Shown here piece by piece: positions 23,101 through 34,700 of a DNA stretch of 64,000 nt. The notes under the pieces were generated by a model. It was not told the DNA's origin and made no database searches. It saw nothing but the letters and a program-made list of their open reading frames with translations. This DNA is from Macrostomum lignano (lineage: Eukaryota): the NCBI GenBank assembly GCA_002269645.1, contig NIVC01001046.1, positions 248,001-312,000 of the forward strand. The letters are read 5' to 3'. Numbering within the stretch: the stretch's first letter is position 1; every line of letters starts with the position of its first letter. The position numbers and the translations under genes were made by a program.

Positions 23101-26100
23101 GGGCGAGTGGAACGGATCAGCACACAAATCCGGGCTAATTCTGGGCGAGTGGAACGGATCAGCACACAAATCCGGGCTAATTCCGGGCGAGTGAACCGGA
23201 TCAGCACACAATTCCGGGCGAGTGAACCAGATCAGCACACAAATCCGGGCTAATTCCGGGCGAGTGAACCGGATCAGCACACAATTCCGGGCGAGTGAAC
23301 CAGATCAGCACACAATTCCGGGCGAGTGAACCAGATCAGCACACAAATCCGGGCTAATTCCGGGCGAGTGAACCGGATCAGCACACAAATCCGGGCGAAT
23401 TCCGGGAGAGTGAACCGGATCAGCACACAAATCCGGGCTAATTCTGGGCGAGTGAACCAGATCAGCACAACAATTCCGGGCGAGTGAACCGGATCAGCAC
23501 ACAAATCCGGGCTAATTCCGGGCGAGTGAACCGGATCAGCACACAAATCCGGGCTAATTCTGGGCGAGTGAACCAGATCAGCACACAATTCCGGGCGAGT
23601 GAACCGGATCAGCACACAAATCCGGGCTAATTCCGGGCGAGTGAACCGGATCAGCACACAAATCCGGGCGAATTCCGGGAGAGTGAACCGGATCAGCACA
23701 CAAATCCGGGTGAATTCTGGATGATTGAACCGGATTTGCAGCCAAATCTTGGGCTTATCACAGTAGCAGAAAATTAAATAAAGAACGGGTCATTGTTCCA
23801 TACATTTTCCACGACTACGAATTGCATCGAATTCGATTTAGCCGTCCACGAACAGAAATACTGAATTCAGTTGTGCACAACTGCAAATCGTATATTTCTA
23901 TGCACTTCTACGTACTTTCAGAAACAAAAAATGCTGACCTTCTGAATGTCACTCGGATGGGCAGCTGGACTTCGATGCTACCATCAACTTTTTTTGAAGC
24001 CGTATACGGTTTTATATACCTTATCGCGACATTGGCTACTCTTCAGGGATCCCCATCGCCTACCTCTGATTGCATCTGCAATGTGGGTCACTCGCTATAC
24101 AGCTAATTAGCTAGTTAACTCAAGTCAGCTGACTTGTCTATTCACTTGCTTAAGAATTGTAAAGATCTCCGCAAAAATTAAGGAACGACTTTTGTCTCAT
24201 TTTCCAGGACCTATCAGGGCTCATAAATGTAGACAGCCAATGTCTCGAAGAGCGTTTCTAATGAAATCGAATCCAGCAAATTTGGCCTTAACAAAAAGCT
24301 AGAAATTAATTGCAAATAAATGCGGTGGTGGTGTTATGCACTCGATCTTGGACATCGCCCGCATTTCACTCCTCGAGTAGCTCGCGGTCTGGAAATATAT
24401 GTTTCCAGAAGTCGGCCCCTCATTTTCGGCAGCACTGGCGATTCGTCGCGCCTTCACCTGGTCCGCCTTCTTTTGCCGCTCTGCGGCTGGCCGAGATTGA
24501 AAGAGCGCTGCCTGGCTTCTCGCCACGGTCGTGTCGGATTCCGACGAGCTCGTAGCGGAGATAGCTTCCAATCGAAGAACTTCAGCTTTCATCTGACGAT
24601 TTTCGGCTTGAGCCTCCGACAGCTTTTCACGAACTCCGCTCAATTGATGGCCTATTAAGTACATAAAAATGAGGAGAGTGGCGAAGCAGATTCAAACTTA
24701 AGAATCAACAACACTTATATATATACGAGGCTGCTAACGTCTTCTAGTATATGCATTAAAAACTTACACAGTTCGTCCTCGGCTTCGCCTTGGGCCCGAA
24801 TCTGATCCATCATTGTGGTGCATGACGGGCATCGTGACGGCTGCGGTTGCTGCGATGGCACACGCGCCAAAGCAGTCGCTTCAATCGCTTGGGCCTTTCT
24901 ATCCAAAGGCCCCTTCCAGAGAGTGGCGGAATACCGGGATCCGGTACTCTTGTTAGCAGCCGTGACAACGTGATCTGCTCACGGCTGGTGCAACTGCAAA
25001 CGCCTTAGACAAACCACTGGAAGCATGTACCGACAAAAATCGGATTAGCGTCTATCTTAATAGGAAAGCTGCTTTGCATACTGGGCCAGTTAGAGCTATT
25101 TGGAACCATGCCACAGTCTCCGTCTAGACACCCAGCTGTGCCAAACAATATGGTTGGCTGATTTTATGCTTCTAAGCGTCAAATATGACGATAGAATCAT
25201 TCAGCCCGTTGACACACTAAGCAGCTGTGATAGACTACATGCCAGTGGAAGTCAAACCTCTCGCACACAAACAGGGCGCAACAATTTTTCAATTGTCACC
25301 TGTACGGAGGATGGGCTCAGCCTCACATTACGGACGCTACAGAGCCGCCGAAAAGCAGATCAATTCACATTGCAATTTCGAGGCTTTATTACCCCTCGCT
25401 TTCCAAGAGGAATTAGCGCCGTTGACCAAATGGATGCCAGGGATTGCCTGATGGGATAGCCATTTGCTGGGGTCTGTATTCAGCGGTTTTCCATCGGAGG
25501 CTTCCTCTCAAAATCCCCATGGAACTTATATAATGGATGCCGGATTGATTCCGACTCAAGTCCCGAAATTTTCCCGGATCAGCTTCGCCCGGAACTTGGC
25601 TGAAATTCGGGTCAAGGGAGCTGATCCGGGTGAATTTTCCGGATCAGTTGGTCCGGATCACTAGGGAATTCCGACTCAAGTCCCGAAATGTTCCCGGATC
25701 AGCTTCGCCCGGAACTTGGCTGAAATTCGGGTCAAGGGAGCTGATCCGGGTGAATTTTCCGGATCAGTTGGTCCGGATCACTGGAGAATTCCGACTCAAT
25801 TCCCGAAATCTCACCCGGAACATTTTCACCCGGAACACTACTGAAATTCGGGTCTACACCCAGAATTCCATAGTGTTCCGGGTGAAAAATTCCGGAAAAT
25901 CAGACCGGAACAGCTTTCCTTTTCCCGAAAATTTTCCGGATCATATTTCCGGATTTTTTTCCGGAACAAGGGGCTGTTCCGGGCCAAAAAAGCTGATCCG
26001 AGCCTTCACCCGGAAATCAATTAAAAATCGGGCCCGGATCACAAAATTCCGGGTGAAACGTTCGACGGGAGGGGCGATTCTTGGAAACAATCAGGGGCGA

Positions 26101-28665
26101 TTCTTGGAAACAGTTCAGGGGCGATTCTTGGAAACAATCAGGGGCGATTCTTTAGAAACAGTTTAAGGGCGATTCTTGGAAACAGTTCATTCAAGGGTGG
26201 ATACAATTTAGGGGAATTTTAGAAAGGCCAATAGTATTGGATATGGATAGTGAAAAATGTTTTGGTGAGTTCAGTCTGTAAACAACACGCACGCAGTAAT
26301 AAACGCACCTGATTTCCATACTGAGGATCAGCTTTCTGCTCTTTAATAACATTTTTAGTCTTCTTTTTACTATCAAATGCTTTAGCATAGTAGCTCTTGG
26401 ATTTCATAGCCACAGTCTGATTGTAGGCCTCCTCTCCCAGCTTGTCCCGCACCAATTCCAGCATTTTAGTGGCGCAAGTTTTCTTAGCCGTCATCTTGCT
26501 TTTACCCTCGGCCTGGCAGACCAAGTCGTCAACTCGGCAGGTGTAACGAAATGTTTTCATATGGGCCGGCCCGTTCTCCGTCTCTAGATAGAATTCCACC
26601 TGCCAGCGACGCTTATTGGCCACCTCATACAGCAGCGACACGTCCGACTTGTTCGCCGGCGGCCGCTCGCTATTGCTGTCTTCGTCCTCATCGGCGTGGC
26701 CTCCGACACCGTCGCATTCGGCGTCCGAATTGTTGCCATTAGCAACGGTTGCTAACGGCTTCTGGCATTGATGCTGCTGCTGCTGTTCGGCTTTAGATGC
26801 CGATTCTGATGACGACCGCTGCTTTAACAATCGCAACGCATTAACTGCGGCGTTTTGGCGGGCAAAATGCAAACTGGGCCCGTCAGCTGTGAATTGGCGA
26901 TTGCCGACTGTCAGGCGAACGGAGACGAGGCCAGCAGCTGCTGGGTGGTCGCTGGCGGCGGCGGCCAGGCTCTCGTAGCGGACTGTCTCGCCGAGGCGTC
27001 TGGCTAAGGCGTCCAGCTCGTGCGTTGGCGGCGGTCCGAGGGCGCGCAGCTCGCGACGTCGTTTAGCCAGCTCGCGTAGGTCGCGCAGCGTCGGCCGGGC
27101 ATAGCCGGTGGCTTCGAGTGCGCGCTCGGCTGCGGAGTGCTGCGCCTTCTTGATGCTGAGGCCCGACGCCTGCGGCGGGGGAGAGTATGTAATATATAAA
27201 AATTGCGGACACCATCCCATATCGTTACATAACCAGCAGTGAGGCAATTCTGCCCCATTTGCGCGGCGCTCTGGTGTGCCAGCGGCCCAGGCTCGATTCC
27301 AAGTGCAGTCGCATTGATTTAGGGCTAAATTGGAATCTCGGCTTGGCTCTGCTCGCGCAATTAAGGGCCTTGAAGGCCAGGCACAGTGAAGTGTACATGC
27401 CTATCGATAAATAAAGTTAGGGCCGCTGTACACTAATGTGTGAGTGTGTGTGCCTGCTCAGGGGAGTCGGCGGAATGGGCAGCAATGCCTCTTGCCGGTT
27501 GGGTGACAATGTCGCTTAAAGTGCGCCAGGGTGCACACAGCCACCTGCCTGTAATACTGTACTAAAAAAGAACTAATACTGTACGCAGGCACGCACTTAT
27601 TCATACACCTGCTCCAAGGGTGTACGAGCGGCACTGACTCTCTAAATCGTCAGGCATGTACACCCTGTCTGTGCCTTGAGCGGTTGGCCCTCATAGGCAA
27701 TGGAATCCGGTCCAGGAGCGCCAGAGTATCGGTAGAGTTACCGCTTAAGCTTCTACTGGTAATCCTTATCTATGTAGTATATGATTAACAAAAAATTGCT
27801 TTACTTTGCCTGCACTAACCTGATACTCCTCAGTGCCAAGACGCAGTTTAATAAAGAAAGTCTTCTTATGCGCCGGTCCCTGTTCGTCAACTAGAATGTA
27901 CTGCGCTGACACCCGGTTGTGCTTGGCGATGTCGTTCAACTGCGCCATGGGAGTTTTCGGCTTGCCAACCGGGCCGCTTCCATTTGGCATCGAATCGTCT
28001 TCCTCAGTTCGAATAGCCGCCTGACGAAAACCCTGACTAGTTGGCGGCGGAAATGCCGCGTACATTCTAGGATTATTAGCCGTGTAAGACACCTGGTATT
28101 GCTGAGTAGTTGCCGGGCCCGCCATAGCGTAGCTCAATCTAGGATAATTATTATTAGCATGGCTACTAGTGTTGGAGCTGACAATGACGCTACTATTGCT
28201 GCTTAATGGCAGACTGCGGTAAACAGACGATTCCGGAATCAGATGCTGCTGCTGCTGTCGGACAAATTGGGAGTGCATTGCAGGAGCAGACATTGGCGGC
28301 GGAGCCGCAGAACTGGCAACAATGCCGCTATAGTACAAAGCGGCCGAGACAGCGACTGAGGCGGCTGCACTAGAGATAGGCGGCTGCGGCTGGGAGGTGG
28401 CTATGGACCATAGAGTGGACAGATTATAAGCGCTACTAATGGGATAGCCTGCCGAGCTGCTCACAGCGATGGTATAGCCGGCCGAGCTAACAAGATAGCC
28501 GGCTGAGCTAAATGGATAGCCGGCACTGCTACTAACTGGGCCATAGTCGAAGCCGAGGCCCTGGCCAACCACAGGATTGCTAGTGAGCTCGGGCTGGACA
28601 TAGGCGGATGCTACGCCAGGATAATGGACTGGCGAATAAGCCGTGGACGCCGGGTGACGATTCAT
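20149..28665 (-). CDS. stau: Double-stranded RNA-binding protein Staufen homolog (~868 aa)
   Basis: Exons 28665-27820, 27169-26309, 21492-20773 and 20328-20149, all phase 0 with GT-AG. dsRBD1 KTPMAQLNDIAKHNR...GPAHKKTF...EEYQ/ASGLSIKKAQHSAA; split dsRBD2; dsRBD3 KSDVSLLYEVANKR...GPAHMKTF...GKSKMTAKK; dsRBD4 YGNQ/VNPISRLIQ...GPNKKLAKRVAAE; SSM IAHELLTEGQSLTAETI; dsRBD5. The start codon is uncertain; the exon acceptor is at 28704. Confidence 0.96.
20390..20710. repeat. 32-bp minisatellite (gatctttgggatctggaagggtaaaactgaag) in last staufen intron
   Basis: About 8 units plus degenerate flanking units. Confidence 0.9.
21600..22351. repeat. 23-24-bp minisatellite (ggggcgattcttggaaacagttca), left part
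   Basis: Continues at 26070-26190 after the inserted TIR element. Confidence 0.9.
22352..26069. mobile_element. 3.7-kb TIR DNA transposon, CMC/EnSpm(CACTA)-like, probably non-autonomous or internally deleted
   Basis: 26-bp TIRs cccgtcgaacttttcacccggaattt / aaattccgggtgaaacgttcgacggg (1 mismatch), CCC...GGG termini, 2-bp TSD 'ag' (22350-51, 26070-71). Subterminal CCGG-rich repeats (42/31-bp array at 22560-23710; 2 x ~121 bp at 25548-25790). Inserted into the minisatellite. The superfamily call comes from the ends only; no transposase was recognised. Confidence 0.8.
26070..26190. repeat. Right part of the 23-24-bp minisatellite interrupted by the transposon
   Basis: Same unit as 21600-22351. 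Confidence 0.88.
27261..27569 (+). mobile_element. tRNA-derived SINE copy B (5' end degraded) in staufen intron
   Basis: ctggtgtgccagcggcccaggctcgattccaagtgcag...gtcgcttaaagtgcgccagggtgcacac; collinear with copy A. Confidence 0.88.
27573..27744 (-). mobile_element. Related SINE fragment sharing the central domain, tail-to-tail with copy B
   Basis: Reverse complement gagggccaaccgctcaaggc...gtgtacatgcctgacgat...gccgctcgtacacc...tgcctgcgtac matches the middle of the SINE; the 5' part differs. Confidence 0.65.
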
Positions 28666-28842
28666 GCAACTGGATTGGTGGCCAAGCTGGCCGCCAGCCA
28701 AGGCCTGCAAATTCAAAAACAAAGTCAATATATAGTATAGCAACCTTTGAAGTTAGTGATGAATCTTAATATAAGCAAATTTTTCCTAGCATACAATCCC
28801 CGCTGAAAACGGCAACTAGGCCAAGAAGCGTCCTAAAGTTAC

Positions 28843-29001
28843 CTGGTAAGTCGAGTTGGCAAAGAGTCGCCTAAAAGTCTATTTGAGGTGTTTTATTGTC
28901 TGCGACTCTAAGATGCTTCTGTAGTGACTATGGGGCCATGGAGTCGTATCTGAGGCGTGCTGGAGTCGCTGTAGAGTCAATGAGTTGCATCTAAAGCGCA
29001 T
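28843..29001 (-). other. Probable 5'UTR exon of staufen containing a 40-codon uORF
   Basis: Acceptor gctaacacag|ATG and donor cag|gtaact. ATG at 29001 runs to a TAG at 28881-28879. Confidence 0.45.
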
Positions 29002-31103
29002 CTGTGTTAGCTTATGAAAAATTTGAATCGCATTTTGCAATTATAGCAACTATATTTACTCTTAAGGGACTTAAGCAATAGATTTGTGGATATCTGAATA
29101 GGGAATATGTGAATAGGGAATATCTGAATAGGGAATATTTATTATTCTGTGTACATTTTTTGTACCTAAAAATCATAAAAATGCATGGCACAGCTCCAAT
29201 CTTTGGTTTTATGAATCTATTTTATCATCTCTGTTACAAATATTGCTACACAGTCAGCTAAGAATGATAAATTAGACTCATAAAACCAAAGAGCTGAGCC
29301 GTGCCATTTTAATGGTTTTTAGGCACAATATAAGTGCAAATGTATGTAAAATAAAAATTAACATAGAATCCTAATTCTTTGAACAAAAAGCTTTATGAAT
29401 ATCGATTGAGAAATAAGAAAGGCACAACATATCAAAAGATAAACACTAGCTCTGCCTCCTATCAAAAGCAATAACAATTTTTGTGCTCAAAAAATTAAAA
29501 ATTCTTATCTCCATAGTGGATTTTTTTGGAAAAGACTGCCTTCAAAATTGTCCAAGAAACAAGGTTTCCCATCCTTCTATTTAAGTTGTCCTTGATATAG
29601 TTTGTCTGGTAGTACTAGCACTACTATAATATCCAGTATTATAAGCACAATTTTCAATGCTTTGCATTCTCATTAACAGATTGCAGATTACAGATATCTT
29701 TATCAGCTAGTTGCCAATGAAATATAACAAATGGTATTGCCAATACCATTTTAGCCTCATAGTCTACTAGCATCTGCCATTGAGTGTGACAAGTATAGCT
29801 GCTGGTTCACCAAAAGTGCTAGACAGGTAATTGGAACAGAGTTACCACTATCTACTTAAATCAAGAGCAGAATTTGAATAGACTTGCGTAGGGTACAAGG
29901 CTGAGACTGCACCTGTGGCTAATGGCTAAGCTTTATCTGCAATTGTGGATATATGGTTACTAATGCTAAGGCTGCATCTACAGTTATGGTTATAGCTAAG
30001 GCTGTGGCTGCAACTGTGTCTATGGCTATTGAAGCTGTGGCTGTGGTTGCTAAGGTTAAGGCTGCTAAGGCTAAGGTTGTGGCTGCAGTTGCATGTGTAA
30101 AAAGAGTGGCCTAGCTAGGTCCCCTGGTCAATGGGCCTATAGATATAGACTGGTTATAGCATAGCACAGCTGTCATTGTTCTAACTATCTCTGGACAAGG
30201 GCTTTATATTATATTAACAAGTAATCATAATATAATGACTCATTATATTAGTCATATATAGGATAAGGTCTTATCAACCAAACAAGATAAAGGTAGGCCT
30301 ACCTTCAAAATTGATTATAGTCATTTTGATAATAATAAAAAGACCTTTTTGGTATTTAGCCATTATGGTTTTAAATAGAAAATTATCTTGCCAATCTTAC
30401 ATAATATAAAACTTAAAACTTCACAGGATTGCTGAAATGGTAGTGTTGTCTTGTTTTATTTTATTCCTTTACTATTATAGAGTTGCATTTTTTGTATTTT
30501 TGCATTATCTAAATTCAGTGAATATTTCTCTGTGCTTTTTAAATGGGCATTTTAAAAGAAGGATCCTTTATGTTTATGTCAAGGACTTCTAGACTAACAG
30601 GACGTAAAAATAAAAATTTTTTTGGAGGCCACAATGTCCTGGAAAAAATACACTGCGAAGATAGGAAAAAAATCAGTTCATATAGCTGTGTAGTGAAGTT
30701 TTCATTTTCATATTCTTTTCCCTTTATTTCATAATCCCAAAGTTGCAAATACTCACAAGTGGCATTAGTCAAATATGAAACTAATTCAAGAAAAAAAAGT
30801 TATTCAAATTTGTAATATAATAATATTTTAGCCATATATATTATATATATTTCTATATATATGGTTAATTTTTCTAGGTAAACTACGAGTATATTGTAAT
30901 TTGTTGAAACTTGCACATTAATTTTGTGATAAATTTGAAGGCAAAGAAAATTACGCAAAGCATATATATTGAAATTAGATATTTAAAGTAATTAATGAAA
31001 AAAGTAGATTCTATAATTTTATGTTGCTATTTGCTAACTCAGAGATTCTAATGTACATAATAGCTCGTATTTGGTCAATTACAGGATGCTTGGTGCATGC
31101 ATC

Positions 31104-31400
31104 CATACATGCGCAACAGTCGGCCGAGTCGGCCGATCCGGCCGACCGATTTGGCGGCCAACCAAGGAGGTCGAAAAAATGCCCACCCGAAAACTTAGTA
31201 CTTAGTAGTACTAAGTAGCTGACGAGGCATTTTGGCTTAATAAGACAGTTATAGTTACTCCTGCCGTTTACCCAAAGTTGCGTTAATTTTGCTTTCGGGT
31301 TTTTTTTCATGTAAGTCGCATTTTTGGTCAAAAACTACGTCGCATTTTTGTTAAAACTAAGTCGCATGGCCGACCGAATTTCGGAGGTTGCGCATGTATG
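31104..31400 (+). mobile_element. hAT-type MITE, copy 1 (young, CpG-rich)
   Basis: 14-bp TIR catacatgcgcaac / gttgcgcatgtatg; perfect 8-bp TSD catgcatc (31096-31103, 31401-31408). Confidence 0.92.
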
Positions 31401-31699
31401 CATGCATCTGACTTATCCAGACCAGAAATTATAATAGATTGGTTAAAAAAACTTTTAAATAAAGAAGTTAAACACATGCAGATATATACATGTGTTTTGT
31501 TGTATTTTATTTAAAGTTTGTTTCATTTTCTTTTAGATCATATCAATTACTATTATTCTTACTTGCTACTAAAATGGCTATTATTGAAGTAGACTATTAT
31601 CATATAAATCATCTCCTATTACTCATGACCAACTCATTGACTAACCCATCATATCTTCTATTTTTCATGAAAGGTGAAGCATGTTTGTTTCTATATATG

Positions 31700-32061
31700 C
31701 TGGGTTTTTTGGGCCATACAGGGTTTTTTGGCCCCTCGAAAATTTCATTAGCAACTGGATTTTAGGCATTAGAGGCCAATCTGGCAATTTTATTTTCTCT
31801 GTGCTAGTTGCCAATTAAAAAAATTGTTTTTGCAAGTATAATGAAAGCACCATATGAATTGATATGATATGATAGAATTGTTAGTTTGTTATTAATATTG
31901 TTAATAGCATGTACATGTTATTCAAAATTTAGTGTTTTGGAACTATTTATCCTTAAGAATTTGGCTAGTTGCCAATGGGCAACTGAAAATAGCCATTAGC
32001 AACTGGATTTTGAGCATCAAGGGCCAGCTGGCAACTGGATTTCCAACCTTAAAAAACCCAG
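31700..32061. mobile_element. TIR element (ctgggtttttt ... aaaaaacccag) inserted into the left TIR of hAT MITE copy 2
   Basis: 11-bp TIR and 8-bp TSD tatatatg/catatatg (1 mismatch). A partial second copy starts at about 42324. Confidence 0.7.
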
Positions 32062-32343
32062 CATATATGCACAACAGTCGGCCGATCTAGCCAACCAATT
32101 TGGCAGCCAACCAAGGTAAGTTGCAAAAATGCCCACCTGAATAAATACCCCAAATAGTACTAAGTAGATAACGAGGCATTTTGCCTAAATAAGACAATTA
32201 AAGTTACTTCTGCCATTTACCCAAAGTTGCATTAATTTTGCTTTAGGGTTTCTTTTACATGTAAGTTGCATTTTTGGCCAAAAACTATTTTTTGTTTAAA
32301 CTAATTTGCATGGCCAACTGAATTTTGAAGATTGTGCATTATG
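32062..32343 (+). mobile_element. hAT-type MITE copy 2 (decayed)
   Basis: Collinear with 31104-31400. The original left end is at 31692; degenerate TSD tttgtttc/tttgtcac. Confidence 0.85.
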
Positions 32344-33420
32344 TTTGTCACCAAAACAACTTTTCACCAAAATGACCTATATTCTTCCGAATTGAACATG
32401 TAAAAAGACTTGTTTTTGTCAAAAAGAAATCTAACATGAATATTTCAAGAGCCCACAAAAGTATATTATTTAAGAGAAGATATTTTCATCTAAAAAGTAA
32501 AATAGATAGTAGACCTAATCAATTATACTTGTAGTTATAAATTATAATCATAGGCATGATATAGCATGAAATATTGAAATAGGCCTATTGCAATATAATA
32601 TTAAATCAGAGACTTAAGAAGTTGGTAAAACTAAAAGGCACTTATAGGCCTACATAAGGGTTAAAGAGCACTTATATATGCCTTACCTCAAAATTTTACC
32701 CGTCCAGTGCAACTTAATTTTGTCCAGATTTGCAACTTAGTTTTTCCCAATTGCAACTCAGTTCCTCCTAATTATGACTTAATTCTTCTTGATTATGACT
32801 TAGTCCCCCCAATTGCTACTTAATTTTCACTTTGTATATGACTTTTTGTGCTTTTCTTCTTTTTCTTTCTTCTCTTTTTTCTTTTTCCTTTCTTTTCCTT
32901 TTCTCTTATTCTCCTTTCTTTCTTCTTCCAATTTTCATTTTTCACATTTTTAATTTAGCGACTTACCTTGGCTAGCAGCCATTTCACCCATCTAGTTCAA
33001 ATGGGTATTGGACATATATGGGAGCACTATACAAGAGCTAGCGCTATGTATGACCACCTGATGCACAACCAATGGCAATGCACTAAAGTTACACATGCTG
33101 AGAAATTTGAAATTTTTGATTGTAATCACAAGAGTAGGCCTATAAAGTTGTCTATTCTCAAGGCATTGTACATTAAATAGTTAAAGCCCACTATAATTCT
33201 ATAAACATCCAACTTGGTGGTAGAAGGGCGAGTGTCCATTTAAGTATAAGGGTATTCTGACCCTATGTGCTTACCTCTTATTTAGGGCTATCTAACTCTG
33301 CTAGGCTACCCATACCTGCATCATTTTGGCTTACTAGGGCCTAGACTTTAAAAAAAATTACCAACTCTCTATATCAATATTATTGCCTGAAGTGAAGATG
33401 TAGATTGTTTGGCAAAACAT

Positions 33421-33793
33421 GGGGGTCTGTAGCCTAGCAATAGTGCAGCTGCTTTGGTGTGCCAGCGACCAAGGCTCGATTCCAAGTGAAGTCACATTAA
33501 TTTGGGGCTGAATTGGAATCTTGGCTTGGCTCTGCTTGTGCAATTAATGGCCTTGAGGGCCAACCCTTCAAGGCGTAGTGAAGTGTACATGCTTAACAAT
33601 AATATAGTTAGGGGCCTAGGGCTGCTGTATACTCCTATGTGTATGCCTGTGTATGTATCCACGCACTTGTATGCCTGCTCAGGGGAGTCAGCAGAATGGG
33701 CAGTAATGCCTCTTGCCAGTTGTGTGCTTATCAGCTTATGTCGCTTAAAGTGCGCCAGGGTGCACACAACCCCCCTGCCTCTAATAAAAAAAA
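33421..33793 (+). mobile_element. tRNA-derived SINE copy C (full length, C->T/G->A decayed)
   Basis: Collinear with copy A; A-tail; TSD ttggcaaaacat (33409-33420, 33794-33805). Confidence 0.92.
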
Positions 33794-33849
33794 TTGGCAA
33801 AACATGTTGTGCAATTGCAAGGATTAATAAATTGTAAGTTTGGTATTAT

Positions 33850-34700
33850 TAAAGAAAAAATGCGAATGTTCGTTTTTGCTTTCGTTTTCCTGGCTTTCCT
33901 CAAACGATGTACCTTACCTCGACTCTACTTTTGACTTTAAGTTTAACTTTAACATTTCATAGAATCATAGCGGGCATAGGGCTACAGACTAGGCCCTAAG
34001 GTCTTCCAATATAGTCAATCAACAGTATTCTTGTGCTCCCTACCCTAGGCTTACTACCGGTAGAAAACAATAATGTTCTGTTCAATAAGTTGTCAAGCAC
34101 TCAATATAATCTCTCAATGTGTTGGCACGTAGTTCGAGCCTTGGTTGGCTAGTGTAGAGAACCGGTTTTTTCTGCTGCTCAGCGAGTTCTCAGAAATTAT
34201 TATTTATTCTTAGTTAGTAAAAGCGTTTTAACTGACAGTAAAACTTTATTTTTTTAAATAAAAGTGCTATTCTTTCTAGCAATTGAACATCTAAAATCTA
34301 TTTTGCCAAAAAACATTTTGTTTTAGTATGTATTTACAAAAGAGATTCCCGGGTTTATCGTCTGGACATCAACGTAAACAGCGAATAAATTTATCATCAG
34401 TAGGCGTTGATAATTTTCGGTATCAAGTGCTCTCTAATAACGGTATAAAAGTTGTTAAGATACAACGTTCAGGTTAAACATCTTCCGTTGTTAGTTTAAA
34501 GCGTTGTTGGAATCTAAAAACGAAGAAACTGTTAAACTTAAAAGTTCAATCGATTCACATTGTTATAATTCTTTGTATAGCAAGCCGACCATTACACCAT
34601 TAACAGTTAAGACTTAGATTATCAGCTTCAGGCTACGACTTATCTATTATCGTATTACTTTCGTTCATAGACATGGAACTCGAGTAAGTGCTTTGTTTTT
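33850..34700. promoter_or_regulatory. CpG-retaining island; probable bidirectional promoter region of staufen (-) and ENY2 (+)
   Basis: CG dinucleotides are common here but nearly absent on both sides. Minus-strand donor gag|gtaagg at 33918/33917; ENY2 first exon at 34671. Confidence 0.55.
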
